DNA of 64,000 bases from Patescibacteria group bacterium (GCA_040384805.1 JAZKIP010000004.1:10255-74254); one strand, 5' to 3'; positions 28,420-37,947 are shown, counted from the stretch's first letter. Numbers and translations: made by a program. Notes: generated from the letters alone by a model not told the origin.

Positions 28420-29115
28420 ATGAATCTTGAAAGGCAATTCAGCCTAAATAATAAGGCATCAAATCACTTAGAAAAAGGCATTAATCCTATCACGGTTTGT
28501 ATTGGCGATAATTCTAATCATGATATTGATTATTTGTTTACTAAATTCAAGGAAAATAAAAAAACTCAGAATATAAAATACGCAGCATCAAGCGATTATT
28601 ACAAGAAGGAAAATATAATAATTGATTTATCTGGTTATGCAATATCGGAAGGTAATGAAAAAAATAAGTATTCTGAAGAGTATTATAATTGTATTGGAAT
28701 GGCAATAATTGGAATTGATAAAAAAACTAATAAAAATATATCTATTTTAACTCATAAATTTCCTGCTGTTTTCTTGCAGTCGGATAGTCTTGAGAAAAAT
28801 TTTATAACGCAACTCAAAGATCTTGTGTCTCGTTGTAAGCTAGGGACACTTGATGCAGTGATTTTTGGAGGAGATAAAAGTGATGGCAATAGTTTAAAGG
28901 AATACCTAGAAGCAATAAATACTATCAATAAAATATCGAAACCAATTTTAGGATTTGAGCCTACTATTTCTGCCGCGCCAAAATATGACGGAGAAACTAG
29001 TGTTTATTTGGATACAGAAAATCGACGCCTATATGTGAATATCCCTTTCCATAAAGATTCAAAAATTTACGATGATTCGAAACCTTCCGAGATAGAAAAA
29101 GAGTTAGACAAATAA
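28420..29115 (+). CDS. Hypothetical protein (231 aa, very AT-rich codon usage)
   Basis: Lies between the 15-bp att-like copy (28272-28286) and a degenerate second copy (29395-29421). No motif. Confidence 0.35.
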   Translation: MNLERQFSLNNKASNHLEKGINPITVCIGDNSNHDIDYLFTKFKENKKTQNIKYAASSDYYKKENIIIDLSGYAISEGNEKNKYSEEYYNCIGMAIIGIDKKTNKNISILTHKFPAVFLQSDSLEKNFITQLKDLVSRCKLGTLDAVIFGGDKSDGNSLKEYLEAINTINKISKPILGFEPTISAAPKYDGETSVYLDTENRRLYVNIPFHKDSKIYDDSKPSEIEKELDK

Positions 29116-29228
29116 TATCTAACTACCTGATTAAATTACTTTCCTCCAAACTTGTATAACAATTTTCAAAATTAGTTCTCTGTATAGAAATCACCATTGA
29201 GATAGTATTTGAGTAATGTACGGTCTTG

Positions 29229-29314
29229 ATCACAAAGCGCAAAAGAGTTCTGCAGGGAGTTCTTTTGCGCTTTGTGATGATAACAGCGCGGTTTTGCGAA
29301 TACGCAAAACCGCG
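29229..29314. other. GC-rich structured element: 18-bp-stem hairpin (29229-29278) plus 12-bp-stem hairpin CGCGGTTTTGCG-AATA-CGCAAAACCGCG (29287-29314)
   Basis: Two near-perfect hairpins in an otherwise AT-rich intergenic stretch. Only short overlapping spurious ORFs cover it. Confidence 0.5.
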
Positions 29315-29450
29315 AGGGGCGGGCCGCCGAAAATTCCGTATCGACGGCGAGGAGTTATTTGTAGCCACACGTTGATCTGTAAGGATCAATATGAGTATTC
29401 GCGGTCCTAAAATCACATTTTAATACGAGATTCTAATAACCGAAAGATAT

Positions 29451-30596
29451 TTAGTTAAGATTGTTCACCTCTTTTCCTGCTGAAAAAGAATCGGCAAGAG
29501 ATTTGCCTGCCATGATCCCGTTCGTGAAGCCGAAATCGCCGTTGCCGAAAATCTCATAAAGTCCATTGCGCTTTCGTACAGAAGGCCATTCATTGGAAGT
29601 TTTCAGCGTTGCGGCAGTCCAGTGATGGGAGATAGAGATATGTTCTTCTTGCAATGAAGGAAGTCTTTGCTTGATTATTTCAAGCAGTTTTTTTCTATGC
29701 AGCTCGAGTTCTTTTTCTGTCGAATGAGGATCGATTCTGCCCGATGTAAAGAGGCGAGAGCCTATCTTCCGTATATTGTAGTAGTCTTCTCCGAGAGTCC
29801 AGAACATGCCGCCTGTTTTCCAATCAAGATCGGCATCTTGGAGGCTCGATAATGGTTCGGTGACGATCGCTTGTTCGTGCGTAATGATTGCATCATCGGA
29901 ATTAAGGGAAGGATGCTCGCTTTCCAAGGCTATCACTACTCTTTGCGCGGTAATGATGCCGCCAGGCGTAGTAACAGTATGAGCATCGAATGTTATGGCA
30001 GGACTCTGTTCGTAGATGATCGCTCCATTTTCCTCCGCGGCTTGAGCCAAGCCTCGGACAAATTTTACAGGATGCATCATGCAATCTGAAGGATTATAAA
30101 GCTCAAGACCAAAAGGACTGACTTTCAATTGATGACCTTTCTCTATGATTTCTGTCAAAATACCAGCGTTATTGCGGGCTGTCATTTCTTTGCGAAGAAA
30201 TTCTTCCTCGGATTCCGTGGAAGCAATCAACAGGCTTCCTGGTTGTTCAAAGTCACACTCTATGGCATGCTCTTGGATCAAAGACTGGACCATTTTTCGA
30301 GCCTCAACTGTTTTTCGCCAAGAATCTCTGGTAGTATTAAGGCCCATCTGTTCTATGGCTACGACGAAAGGAATCGAGAAACCCTCAACGACCATTCCGC
30401 CGTTTTTGCCCGCCGCACCTGAGGCAATAGTATTTTTTTCGATCAGAATTGTTTTAAAGCCTTGTTTGGCGCAATGATACGCGGCTGAAACTCCCGTAAT
30501 ACCTGCTCCGATTATTACAATATCAGTTTTAATGTTTTCCGATAGCGCCATGCGTGCTTTATAGGGACTGTCGAGCCAGTAAGAAATAGACTTCAT
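29451..30596 (-). CDS. FAD-dependent oxidoreductase (DAO family; glycine/D-amino-acid oxidase-like)
   Basis: Dinucleotide-binding motif VIIGAGITGVSAAYHCAKQGFKTILIEK. C-terminal G(x)GxxG region typical of DAO enzymes. Confidence 0.75.
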   Translation of the reverse strand: MKSISYWLDSPYKARMALSENIKTDIVIIGAGITGVSAAYHCAKQGFKTILIEKNTIASGAAGKNGGMVVEGFSIPFVVAIEQMGLNTTRDSWRKTVEARKMVQSLIQEHAIECDFEQPGSLLIASTESEEEFLRKEMTARNNAGILTEIIEKGHQLKVSPFGLELYNPSDCMMHPVKFVRGLAQAAEENGAIIYEQSPAITFDAHTVTTPGGIITAQRVVIALESEHPSLNSDDAIITHEQAIVTEPLSSLQDADLDWKTGGMFWTLGEDYYNIRKIGSRLFTSGRIDPHSTEKELELHRKKLLEIIKQRLPSLQEEHISISHHWTAATLKTSNEWPSVRKRNGLYEIFGNGDFGFTNGIMAGKSLADSFSAGKEVNNLN

Positions 30597-30821
30597 AATA
30601 TGGATTATAGCAGTTTCTTCATGGCGAAGTAATTAAAAAATGGCTTTACCATGAATTGTGTCAATGCATCATATTCCAGTCCTGCATAATTTTAATATTG
30701 TTTTGTCTTACTACAAGCAAGATAATTTTTGTCGTACTCAAGATAAATAAATTAGAATATCTTAATCATTTTTTTATCAAAAGTTTAACTTTTTATTTTT
30801 TCATCATGTTATGATCAAATC

Positions 30822-31196
30822 ATGACTGATGCTAAAAAAATTCTCATTGTCGAAGATGAAAAGCCGATGGCTCAGGCTCTCGAAACAAAACTCAACCGCG
30901 CGGGATTTAACGCGCGCGCGGTGTTCAACGGTTCTGAAGCGTTATCGACTCTTGAAATAGACATATTCGATCTGATCATCCTCGATCTGATCATGCCGCA
31001 GACCGACGGCTTCACCGTTCTTGAAAAACTCAAAGAAAAAGGCAACAAGACTCCCGTTATCGTTGCTTCCAATTTGCGGCAGGAGGAGGATTTCAGCCGG
31101 GCGAAGTCTCTCGGCGCGGTCGATTTCATCGTCAAATCCCGCTCATCCCTTTCTCAGATCGTTCTCTTGATCACCGAATTTTTTAATAAAAAATAA
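30822..31196 (+). CDS. Stand-alone response regulator receiver domain (CheY-like)
   Basis: ILIVEDEKPMAQAL ... DLIILDLIMPQTDGFTVLEKLK ... PVIVASN ... GAVDFIVKS with conserved Asp pocket and Lys. Confidence 0.85.
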   Translation: MTDAKKILIVEDEKPMAQALETKLNRAGFNARAVFNGSEALSTLEIDIFDLIILDLIMPQTDGFTVLEKLKEKGNKTPVIVASNLRQEEDFSRAKSLGAVDFIVKSRSSLSQIVLLITEFFNKK

Positions 31197-31204
31197 ACGC
31201 TTTC

Positions 31205-32911
31205 ATGAACGATACGGATCTTAAAAAAATTCTTTTAGAGGGGGGATACATTACCGAAGAGAACGCGGCAATCGCCGAGCGATATACGAAAGCCAATCAG
31301 ACATCTCTCTATGATGCGCTCATTGATCTTGATCTTTTGAATAAGACAGTCTTCGGCGAAGCGATCGCCGAATCGTATAATGTTCCGTTTGTCGATCTTA
31401 TACCGAACGCTCCGGTAAAGTCGATCGTCTTATCGTTGCCTGAAGATATCGCAAAGAAATACCATGTTGTTCTCTGGAATAAAGGCGATGAAAAGACATA
31501 TTCCTTCGCGACGGATAATCCGGACCAGAAAGGCCTAAGAGAAGATCTCGCAAAAGCATTTCCCGATCAAGAGATTGCCGTTTATTACGGGCTTCCGAAA
31601 GATGTTACCATGATCTTCGCTCATTATCGGTTCCCGATAAAGACGCGCCTCGATAGCATTGCTGCTTCTGGAGAGGATGTCGCATCGCGGCTCTTAAAGG
31701 AAATATATGAGGAAGCACTCGTCTATAATGCGTCCGACATCCATATCGAGCCGCAAAAAGCGGATGTCCGTATCCGGTTCCGCATCGACGGCGTTCTTCA
31801 GGAAGTGACCCGTATTGCCAGAGATCTTCATACGGCAGTGATCAACCTTATCAAGGTCGATGCTGATCTGCGCATCGATGAGCATGCCTCAAGCCAGGAT
31901 GGCGCGATCCGCTATGAGAACAACGGCACGGCGACCGATTTTCGCGTTTCGATTCTTCCGACGCTTCCCGGAGAGAAAGTGGTCATGCGCATCCTTTCAA
32001 CCTATTCCCAAACGTTGGCCCTGCGCGAGCTTGGTCTTTCGTCCGGCGACGAGATGCTGATCCGCGCAAGCATCAAGAGGCCGTACGGCATGGTCTTGGT
32101 GACCGGCCCGACGGGATCGGGAAAGACGACGACGCTCTACTCGATCATCAAGGTTCTCAATACGCCGAATGTCAACATTACGACGATCGAAGATCCTGTT
32201 GAATATGAAGTCAACGGTATCAATCAGGTACAAGTGAATCCTCATGGAAATCTGACATTCGACAAGGGATTGCGCAGCATCGTTCGTCAGGATCCGAATA
32301 TTATTCTCGTCGGCGAAATTCGCGATCTTGAAACGGCCAATGTCGCCGTCAATGCGGCATTGACGGGGCATCTCCTTCTTTCGACATTTCATGCCAATGA
32401 TGCCGCCTCGACGATCCCGCGCTTGATCGATCTCGGCATTCCTCCCTTTATGATCGCCTCGACGCTCGAGCTTATCGCGACCCAGCGCCTCGTGCGTCTT
32501 ATCTGTCCGGGATGTCGCCAGAGCGTTACGCTTACGAAAGCTCAAATCGACGAGATCGCTCCTGGCGCGAGCCGTTACTTCGATGCTGATCCTGTCATCC
32601 TCTATGTCGGGAAGAAGTGCGAGGTCTGCAGCTGGACCGGCTATTTCAGCCGCCATGCGATCTTCGAAGTGATCAAAGTGACGCCCGAGCTTCAGGATAT
32701 GATCTTAACGAGTCCCTCGGCCAAGCAACTGCGGGAGCTCTCGCGTTCGCAGGGGTTCCTCTCTCTTTTTGAGAACGGGCTCCTGCTTGTGAAGCAGGGA
32801 CAGACGACTCTCGAAGAGCTTGCTCGCGTTACTGCTACTCCTGATGCTCCGGTCGGCGAAGAAAATACGAAAAATTATGCAGCCAGAAACTCGCAAAAAA
32901 CAAAAAAATAA
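31205..32911 (+). CDS. pilB: Type IV pilus assembly ATPase PilB (GspE family), second paralog in window
   Basis: N-terminal T2SE_Nter-like domain. Walker A VTGPTGSGKTTTLYS. Asp/His boxes. Tetracysteine CPGC ... CEVC. Confidence 0.9.
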   Translation: MNDTDLKKILLEGGYITEENAAIAERYTKANQTSLYDALIDLDLLNKTVFGEAIAESYNVPFVDLIPNAPVKSIVLSLPEDIAKKYHVVLWNKGDEKTYSFATDNPDQKGLREDLAKAFPDQEIAVYYGLPKDVTMIFAHYRFPIKTRLDSIAASGEDVASRLLKEIYEEALVYNASDIHIEPQKADVRIRFRIDGVLQEVTRIARDLHTAVINLIKVDADLRIDEHASSQDGAIRYENNGTATDFRVSILPTLPGEKVVMRILSTYSQTLALRELGLSSGDEMLIRASIKRPYGMVLVTGPTGSGKTTTLYSIIKVLNTPNVNITTIEDPVEYEVNGINQVQVNPHGNLTFDKGLRSIVRQDPNIILVGEIRDLETANVAVNAALTGHLLLSTFHANDAASTIPRLIDLGIPPFMIASTLELIATQRLVRLICPGCRQSVTLTKAQIDEIAPGASRYFDADPVILYVGKKCEVCSWTGYFSRHAIFEVIKVTPELQDMILTSPSAKQLRELSRSQGFLSLFENGLLLVKQGQTTLEELARVTATPDAPVGEENTKNYAARNSQKTKK

Positions 32912-33977
32912 GAATCGCTTTTTTCTCTTCGGCATTTCAACCGAAGAGAAAAACTTTTTCATTGAAAATGTAAGCCTTCTTCTTGATTCGGACATGGGGG
33001 TTTCGTATGCACTGGAGACGCTCGGATCGGAAGCGAAAACTCCCGCCATGCGGCAAGCAATCGGAAATATGAGAGACTCCCTGCTGTCCGGTTCTTCTTT
33101 CTGGAAAGCACTTGATGCGCCGAAAATCTTCCCGGCGCGCCTTATCTCGCTCGTGAAAATCGGAGAAGAAGGCGGAACGCTTGCCGAAAGCCTTAAAAGC
33201 GGCTCTCGTGAGGCCGAGAAGGAGAAAAAATTCCATGGCAAATTGCGCTCTGCGCTTATTTACCCCGGCATGGTATTCCTTGTGGCGATCGTCGTCGTTC
33301 TTGTCGCGTCATGGACGGTTCTGCCGAAGCTTACCGCTATCTTCAAGGAGAGCAACGTCGCTTTGCCTCTTGCGACGCGCATTCTGGTCGGTTTCGGGGA
33401 TCTCATGGTTGCGCGCGGCATCTATATCGTGCCCGGAGTCATTCTTGTTCTCGGCGCTCTCTATTATTTTCTCTTTCTCTTCAAGAAAACGAAATTCACC
33501 GGCGACTTTCTGCTTTTCCATACTCCCGGCTTCAAGACGATCCTTCAGACCACGGAGATCGCGCGCATGGGATACTCATGCGGGACGCTTTTGAAAGCTG
33601 GCGTATCGGTGACGACCGTTTTCGAGTCGCTTGCCGAAGGCGCGAGCCTTACGATGTATCAGAAGCTTTATATGTATATCCGCGACCGCATCCGGCAGGG
33701 GGATACGATCCAAAAAGCGATCAACTCATACCCGCACTCCCGATCGCTTATTCCGTTTCAGGTCACGAATCTCATCGGCGTAGCTGAGAAATCGGGAAAA
33801 CTTTCCGAGACTTTTACGCGTATCGGCGGATTGTATGAAGACAAATCCGATACGTTTACCAAAAATATCGGAACGATCATAGAGCCCCTGATCGTCATCG
33901 TGGTCGGCCTTGTAGTTGCGGGCGTCGTCTTTGCGATCATTACGCCGATTTATTCATTAACGACCGCCATTGCCTGA
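32877..33977 (+). CDS. pilC: Type IV pilus inner-membrane platform protein PilC (GspF family)
   Basis: Two T2SSF-like repeats with TM helices. Start chosen at ATG 32877 (MQPETRKK), overlapping the pilB end. The ORF track starts at 32820. Confidence 0.8.
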   Translation: MQPETRKKQKNKNRFFLFGISTEEKNFFIENVSLLLDSDMGVSYALETLGSEAKTPAMRQAIGNMRDSLLSGSSFWKALDAPKIFPARLISLVKIGEEGGTLAESLKSGSREAEKEKKFHGKLRSALIYPGMVFLVAIVVVLVASWTVLPKLTAIFKESNVALPLATRILVGFGDLMVARGIYIVPGVILVLGALYYFLFLFKKTKFTGDFLLFHTPGFKTILQTTEIARMGYSCGTLLKAGVSVTTVFESLAEGASLTMYQKLYMYIRDRIRQGDTIQKAINSYPHSRSLIPFQVTNLIGVAEKSGKLSETFTRIGGLYEDKSDTFTKNIGTIIEPLIVIVVGLVVAGVVFAIITPIYSLTTAIA

Positions 33978-34410
33978 TATGACGAACCGCGGATTTACCA
34001 TGGTTGAGATGATGATATGCGTGGGCATTCTTGCTCTCGTTGGAAGCATATCTCTCGCCTCGTATTATTCCTTCCGCAATCAATCGAGCGTCTCCGTGGC
34101 TTCCCAGACAATCGCTCACGTCATGCGGCGGGCGATGATCGCATCGGAGGCCATGGATGGCGATTCATCGTGGGGTGTTTATGTCGGAGCGAATACCGTT
34201 ACCCTTTTTAAGGGCCCGACATATGCAGATCGAGCAGCAAGCGCCGATCGATCGTTCGATGTCTCGGGAGCAAGCATTACGGGATTAAGCGAGATAACGT
34301 TTGCAAAATTGACCGGGTATCCGTCGCAAACGGGAACGATGACAATAACCGGCCGGGGAAATACAAGCGCAACCCTCTCACTCAATGCAAAAGGAGCAAT
34401 TACATATTAA
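33970..34410 (+). CDS. Prepilin-type N-terminal cleavage/methylation domain protein (pilin/pseudopilin)
   Basis: TNRGFTMVEMMICVGILALVG matches the class III signal peptide (G|FT[LM][IV]E). Confidence 0.75.
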   Translation: MPDMTNRGFTMVEMMICVGILALVGSISLASYYSFRNQSSVSVASQTIAHVMRRAMIASEAMDGDSSWGVYVGANTVTLFKGPTYADRAASADRSFDVSGASITGLSEITFAKLTGYPSQTGTMTITGRGNTSATLSLNAKGAITY

Positions 34411-35095
34411 TAAAAGATCGCGAGGATTCGTTCTCATCGATGCTCTGGTCTCTGCAGGCATCCTTCTTGTGATCGTCGGGGCGTTCGTCTCGGGCATCAT
34501 ATCAAGCCAGAGGGCGGCCTTTGTCGCCGGAGATAAGAACCGGGCGCTCTTTTTAGCGGAAGAAGGGCTTGAAGCGGCACGTAATATCCGCGATGCGAAC
34601 TACTCGAATCTGGTTGACGGTACCTATGGTATTCAAACGACAGGGAATCAGTACGGTCTTTCCGGAAGCCAGGATACGAGCGATATATTCACGAGAACCG
34701 TTCAAGTGAAGACGGTCGATCCCGTCACCAAGCAGATCATCTCGACTGTCGCATGGAACAAGTATGGCGCGCGAAGCGTTACAGTAACGACCGACCTTGT
34801 TAACCCGACTCTTTTGGGCATGGCAGGCTTAGTAACGGTCGATGTGTCAGCTGCGGTGCGGACGGGCATATTGAATCTAGCCGTCACGGGAATCATGGTG
34901 ACCAATAACGGATCAAGCCCGGTCGTTATCTCCTCGATCTCGATCGGCGGACTCATAAATGTCGGAACGGTTACGATCGCACCGGGAAGCACGGCCAATC
35001 TCGGAACGCTGTCTCTGCCCCTTTTGAGCGGATTGCTGCCGACGGTTATTACCTTTACGGATCAGACAACAAAAGCTCTTAATCTTTCGCTATGA
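34385..35095 (+). CDS. Pilin-like protein (prepilin N-terminus)
   Basis: KRSRGFVLIDALVSAGILLVIVG. Confidence 0.65.
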   Translation: MQKEQLHINKRSRGFVLIDALVSAGILLVIVGAFVSGIISSQRAAFVAGDKNRALFLAEEGLEAARNIRDANYSNLVDGTYGIQTTGNQYGLSGSQDTSDIFTRTVQVKTVDPVTKQIISTVAWNKYGARSVTVTTDLVNPTLLGMAGLVTVDVSAAVRTGILNLAVTGIMVTNNGSSPVVISSISIGGLINVGTVTIAPGSTANLGTLSLPLLSGLLPTVITFTDQTTKALNLSL

Positions 35096-35613
35096 TGATG
35101 CCATCTTTACTGCAAAAAAATAAGGGATTTACTCTCATCGAAATTCTTGTCGCGATCGGCGTTTTGACGCTTATTCTTGGCGCCACTATCTCCTTGATTA
35201 TGATGCTCGTTCAAAGCAGATCTCGAAGCCAGATCGTCGGCGAAGTTGACGGGCAGGGAACAAACATCATGCAGACTCTTGCTCAAACCATCCGCAATGC
35301 CTCTTCGATTGCAGCGCCTGCAACAGGAGCCTCCGCTTCGGCCGTATCGCTCGTCATGTCCGACAGCGCGAAATCCCCGACCTCTTTTTCTCTTTCAGGC
35401 GGCATCATATCGATGACAGAAGGGAGTACGGCCGCCGTGCCGCTCTCATCGTCCCAAGTGACGGTTTCGAATCTCTCATTTCTAAATCTCTCTCGTCCAA
35501 GCACTCCCGGAGTCATCCGTATTCAATTTACCGTCTCCTATTCGACAGGCGCGTATGCGTACTCGAAGAATTTTATCGGCGCTGCAAGCCTGCGGCAGCT
35601 TGTGTTAAAATGA
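35092..35613 (+). CDS. Type IV pilin
   Basis: NKGFTLIEILVAIGVLTLILG, a textbook prepilin leader with Glu+5. Confidence 0.8.
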   Translation: MMMPSLLQKNKGFTLIEILVAIGVLTLILGATISLIMMLVQSRSRSQIVGEVDGQGTNIMQTLAQTIRNASSIAAPATGASASAVSLVMSDSAKSPTSFSLSGGIISMTEGSTAAVPLSSSQVTVSNLSFLNLSRPSTPGVIRIQFTVSYSTGAYAYSKNFIGAASLRQLVLK

Positions 35614-35619
35614 ATCAAG

Positions 35620-36036
35620 ATGAATCAGAACTCTATACAGATGAAGAGAGGGGGATATGTCGCGATCATCGCGGTTGTTATCACTGCGATCGTGGGACTT
35701 GCCATTGTGAATGCCATGAGCGCACTGGCGTTCAGCTCTCATGCGACGGCTCTCGCTCGTGAGCGATCGGAACAGGCAAAAGGATTGGCCAATGCCTGCG
35801 CAGAACTTGCCTTGCAGAAAATGATCGGCTCGGCCGCATTCGTCGGTACGGCCAACGTGCCGCTTGGAGCCGGGACATGCACATATACCGTCACTCAGCT
35901 AAGCTCTCTCTCAAGCGTCATTCAGGCAACCGGAACGGTTGCGACGGTTGTAAGAAAAGTCAAAGTCGCAATTACCGTGTCGAATATCATGCCGGTTCTT
36001 AAAATATCCTCATGGCAGGAAATATCCGATTTTTAA
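35620..36036 (+). CDS. Minor pilin-like hypothetical protein
   Basis: Hydrophobic N-terminus MKRGGYVAIIAVVITAIVGLAIVNA, but no canonical GFTLIE. Confidence 0.4.
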   Translation: MNQNSIQMKRGGYVAIIAVVITAIVGLAIVNAMSALAFSSHATALARERSEQAKGLANACAELALQKMIGSAAFVGTANVPLGAGTCTYTVTQLSSLSSVIQATGTVATVVRKVKVAITVSNIMPVLKISSWQEISDF

Positions 36037-36039
36037 TAT

Positions 36040-37947
36040 ATGAGATCATTTAAAACATCTTCCATACTCATTCTGACAGCTATCGTTTTAGTTGTTGGTA
36101 TCTTTATGACGCTTTCGATCGGGGAAAAGACCGACACGGAGCAGCGCGAAGCGCTCCAGTTGCGGGCGGAGATCGCAGCCAAAGCGATCAGAAGCGAGGA
36201 TATCTTGAACTTATCGGGAACGACTGCCGATATCGATTCTCCTGTCTATGTGAATCTCAAAAATATCATGCAGGCTCTCAAGGGTGTCCGTCCCGATATC
36301 CGGTTCGTTTATCTGATGGGATACTCTGGTGGGGAAAAGCTTTTCTTTTATATTGATTCGGAGGACCCCCGCTCTCCAGACTATTCGACGCCCGGAGATA
36401 TATATGAAGACACTACGCCTCAAGAGCTCGACGGTTTTAAAAACGGACAGGCTTTCGTGGAAGGTCCTCTTCAGGACGAGTGGGGAACATGGGTGAGCGC
36501 CTTCGCTCCTGTTAAAGACGAGAATGGCACGACGATCGCTCTTTTGGGCATGGATGTTAACGCATCCTTGTGGAATTATGTCGTTTTTGAAAAAGAAATT
36601 CCTCCCTTGCTTATAACCGCATTCTTGATCATTCTTCTTTTGTCGTATCTTTACTTTGCTCAACGTACCGATATATATATCCAGAGGATTAAAAAAAGCG
36701 AAGCGATCGCCGATATTGAGCGCAATCGGCTGCGCAGCTTGTATGAGATAGGGAATAACCAGCATGAAAGCATCGCCGAGCAGTTTCGTTCCGCATTGAA
36801 AGTCGGCAACACGACCCTTGAAACACGCATGGCGCTGATCAATCGCATTATCGGCGATGAGTTTACGGTTCTCTATGTGGTTGCGCCGTCAGATAGCATT
36901 GATGAGGGAGACCGCTTCTCGCTTAAGGAGACATACTGCGACATTACTGTCCGCAAGGACGATGTCGTTGCGATCAGCGCCATGAGCATTTCCGAATACA
37001 AGGCTCACGCTTGCTATTCGAAATTCGGACTTGAATCATATATCGGAGTGCCGATCAAGGTCAACGGGGAACTCTTCGGTACGCTCACATTCTCTGCGCC
37101 CGATCCGCACCGTCCCGAATTTTCCGAAAGCGATAAGGACTTCGTCCGCTTGATGGGCGCGTGGGTGTCCGCGACGCTCGAACGGGCCGAAGTCGACAAG
37201 ATGAAATCCGAATTCGTATCCCTTGCGTCGCATCAGCTCAATACGCCGCTCTCGACCATCAACTGGTTCGTCGATCTCCTGACAACGGATGAAAAAGAGG
37301 CATTGTCTCCCGAACAGAAAAAATACGTCACCGGCATAGGGGAGGCGAGTACTCGTATGGTCGATCTTGTGGATGCTCTTTTGAACGTATCGCGGATCGA
37401 GATGGGAACCTTCGCCGTTGCTCCCGTTCCGGTCCGACTCGACGAGGTTGCCGAGAGCTTGCTTTCAGAGCTTGATCATCAGATCAAGGAGAAAAAGCTC
37501 TTTGTAACGAAGGATTTTGATCCGGGAATCCCTCCGATTCCGGCCGATCCGAGCCTTATTCGGATCGTATTCCAGAACCTTCTGACAAATGCCATCAAGT
37601 ACAATATCGACGGAGGAAAGCTTGATATTCGAATCATTCAAAAACCGGAGTATAAAGACATGGTCTATTGCGAGATTGCCGATACGGGCCTCGGCGTTCC
37701 GAAGAAAGACCAATCACGGATTTTCCAGAAGCTTTTCCGGGCGGATAACGCCAAGATGAAGATCACCGACGGCAATGGCTTGGGCCTCTATATCGTCAAA
37801 TCAATTATAGAGTCGGCCGGCGGCAAGATCTGGTTTGCCTCCGAGGAAAACAAGGGAACAATCTTCTCATTTGTCTTGCCGCTTTCCGGAATGAAAGCCA
37901 GATCGGGTTCTAAGGCCCTCGTATCGGGAGAAAAGCACGAGATGTAG
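36040..37947 (+). CDS. Sensor histidine kinase (two TM segments, extracytoplasmic sensor domain, HisKA + HATPase_c)
   Basis: H-box FVSLASHQLNTPLSTI. N-box LLTNAIKYN. G-boxes DTGLGV and GNGLGLYIVKSIIESAGGKIW. Confidence 0.85.
   Translation: MRSFKTSSILILTAIVLVVGIFMTLSIGEKTDTEQREALQLRAEIAAKAIRSEDILNLSGTTADIDSPVYVNLKNIMQALKGVRPDIRFVYLMGYSGGEKLFFYIDSEDPRSPDYSTPGDIYEDTTPQELDGFKNGQAFVEGPLQDEWGTWVSAFAPVKDENGTTIALLGMDVNASLWNYVVFEKEIPPLLITAFLIILLLSYLYFAQRTDIYIQRIKKSEAIADIERNRLRSLYEIGNNQHESIAEQFRSALKVGNTTLETRMALINRIIGDEFTVLYVVAPSDSIDEGDRFSLKETYCDITVRKDDVVAISAMSISEYKAHACYSKFGLESYIGVPIKVNGELFGTLTFSAPDPHRPEFSESDKDFVRLMGAWVSATLERAEVDKMKSEFVSLASHQLNTPLSTINWFVDLLTTDEKEALSPEQKKYVTGIGEASTRMVDLVDALLNVSRIEMGTFAVAPVPVRLDEVAESLLSELDHQIKEKKLFVTKDFDPGIPPIPADPSLIRIVFQNLLTNAIKYNIDGGKLDIRIIQKPEYKDMVYCEIADTGLGVPKKDQSRIFQKLFRADNAKMKITDGNGLGLYIVKSIIESAGGKIWFASEENKGTIFSFVLPLSGMKARSGSKALVSGEKHEM

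Noticed and set aside
29123-29416. 97-aa(-) and 64-aa(+) ORFs
   Set aside because: Mutually overlapping ORFs across a GC-rich double-hairpin element. They are better interpreted as structured non-coding DNA.
31997-32656. 219-aa minus-strand ORF rich in Arg/Asp
   Set aside because: Antisense to the pilB ATPase core (Walker A/B region), which is unambiguous. The high GC of this gene keeps the antisense frame open.
32705-33241. 178-aa and 99-aa minus-strand ORFs, plus the 137-aa and 158-aa plus-strand alternative-frame ORFs 33181-33787
   Set aside because: They overlap the pilB 3' end and pilC, which have family signatures. Their composition (Arg/Ser/Pro) indicates off-frame noise.
36211-37713. 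ORFs 36211-36765(-), 36660-36848(-), 37014-37233(-), 37465-37713(-)
   Set aside because: Antisense to the sensor histidine kinase, whose H/N/G boxes are intact in the plus frame.
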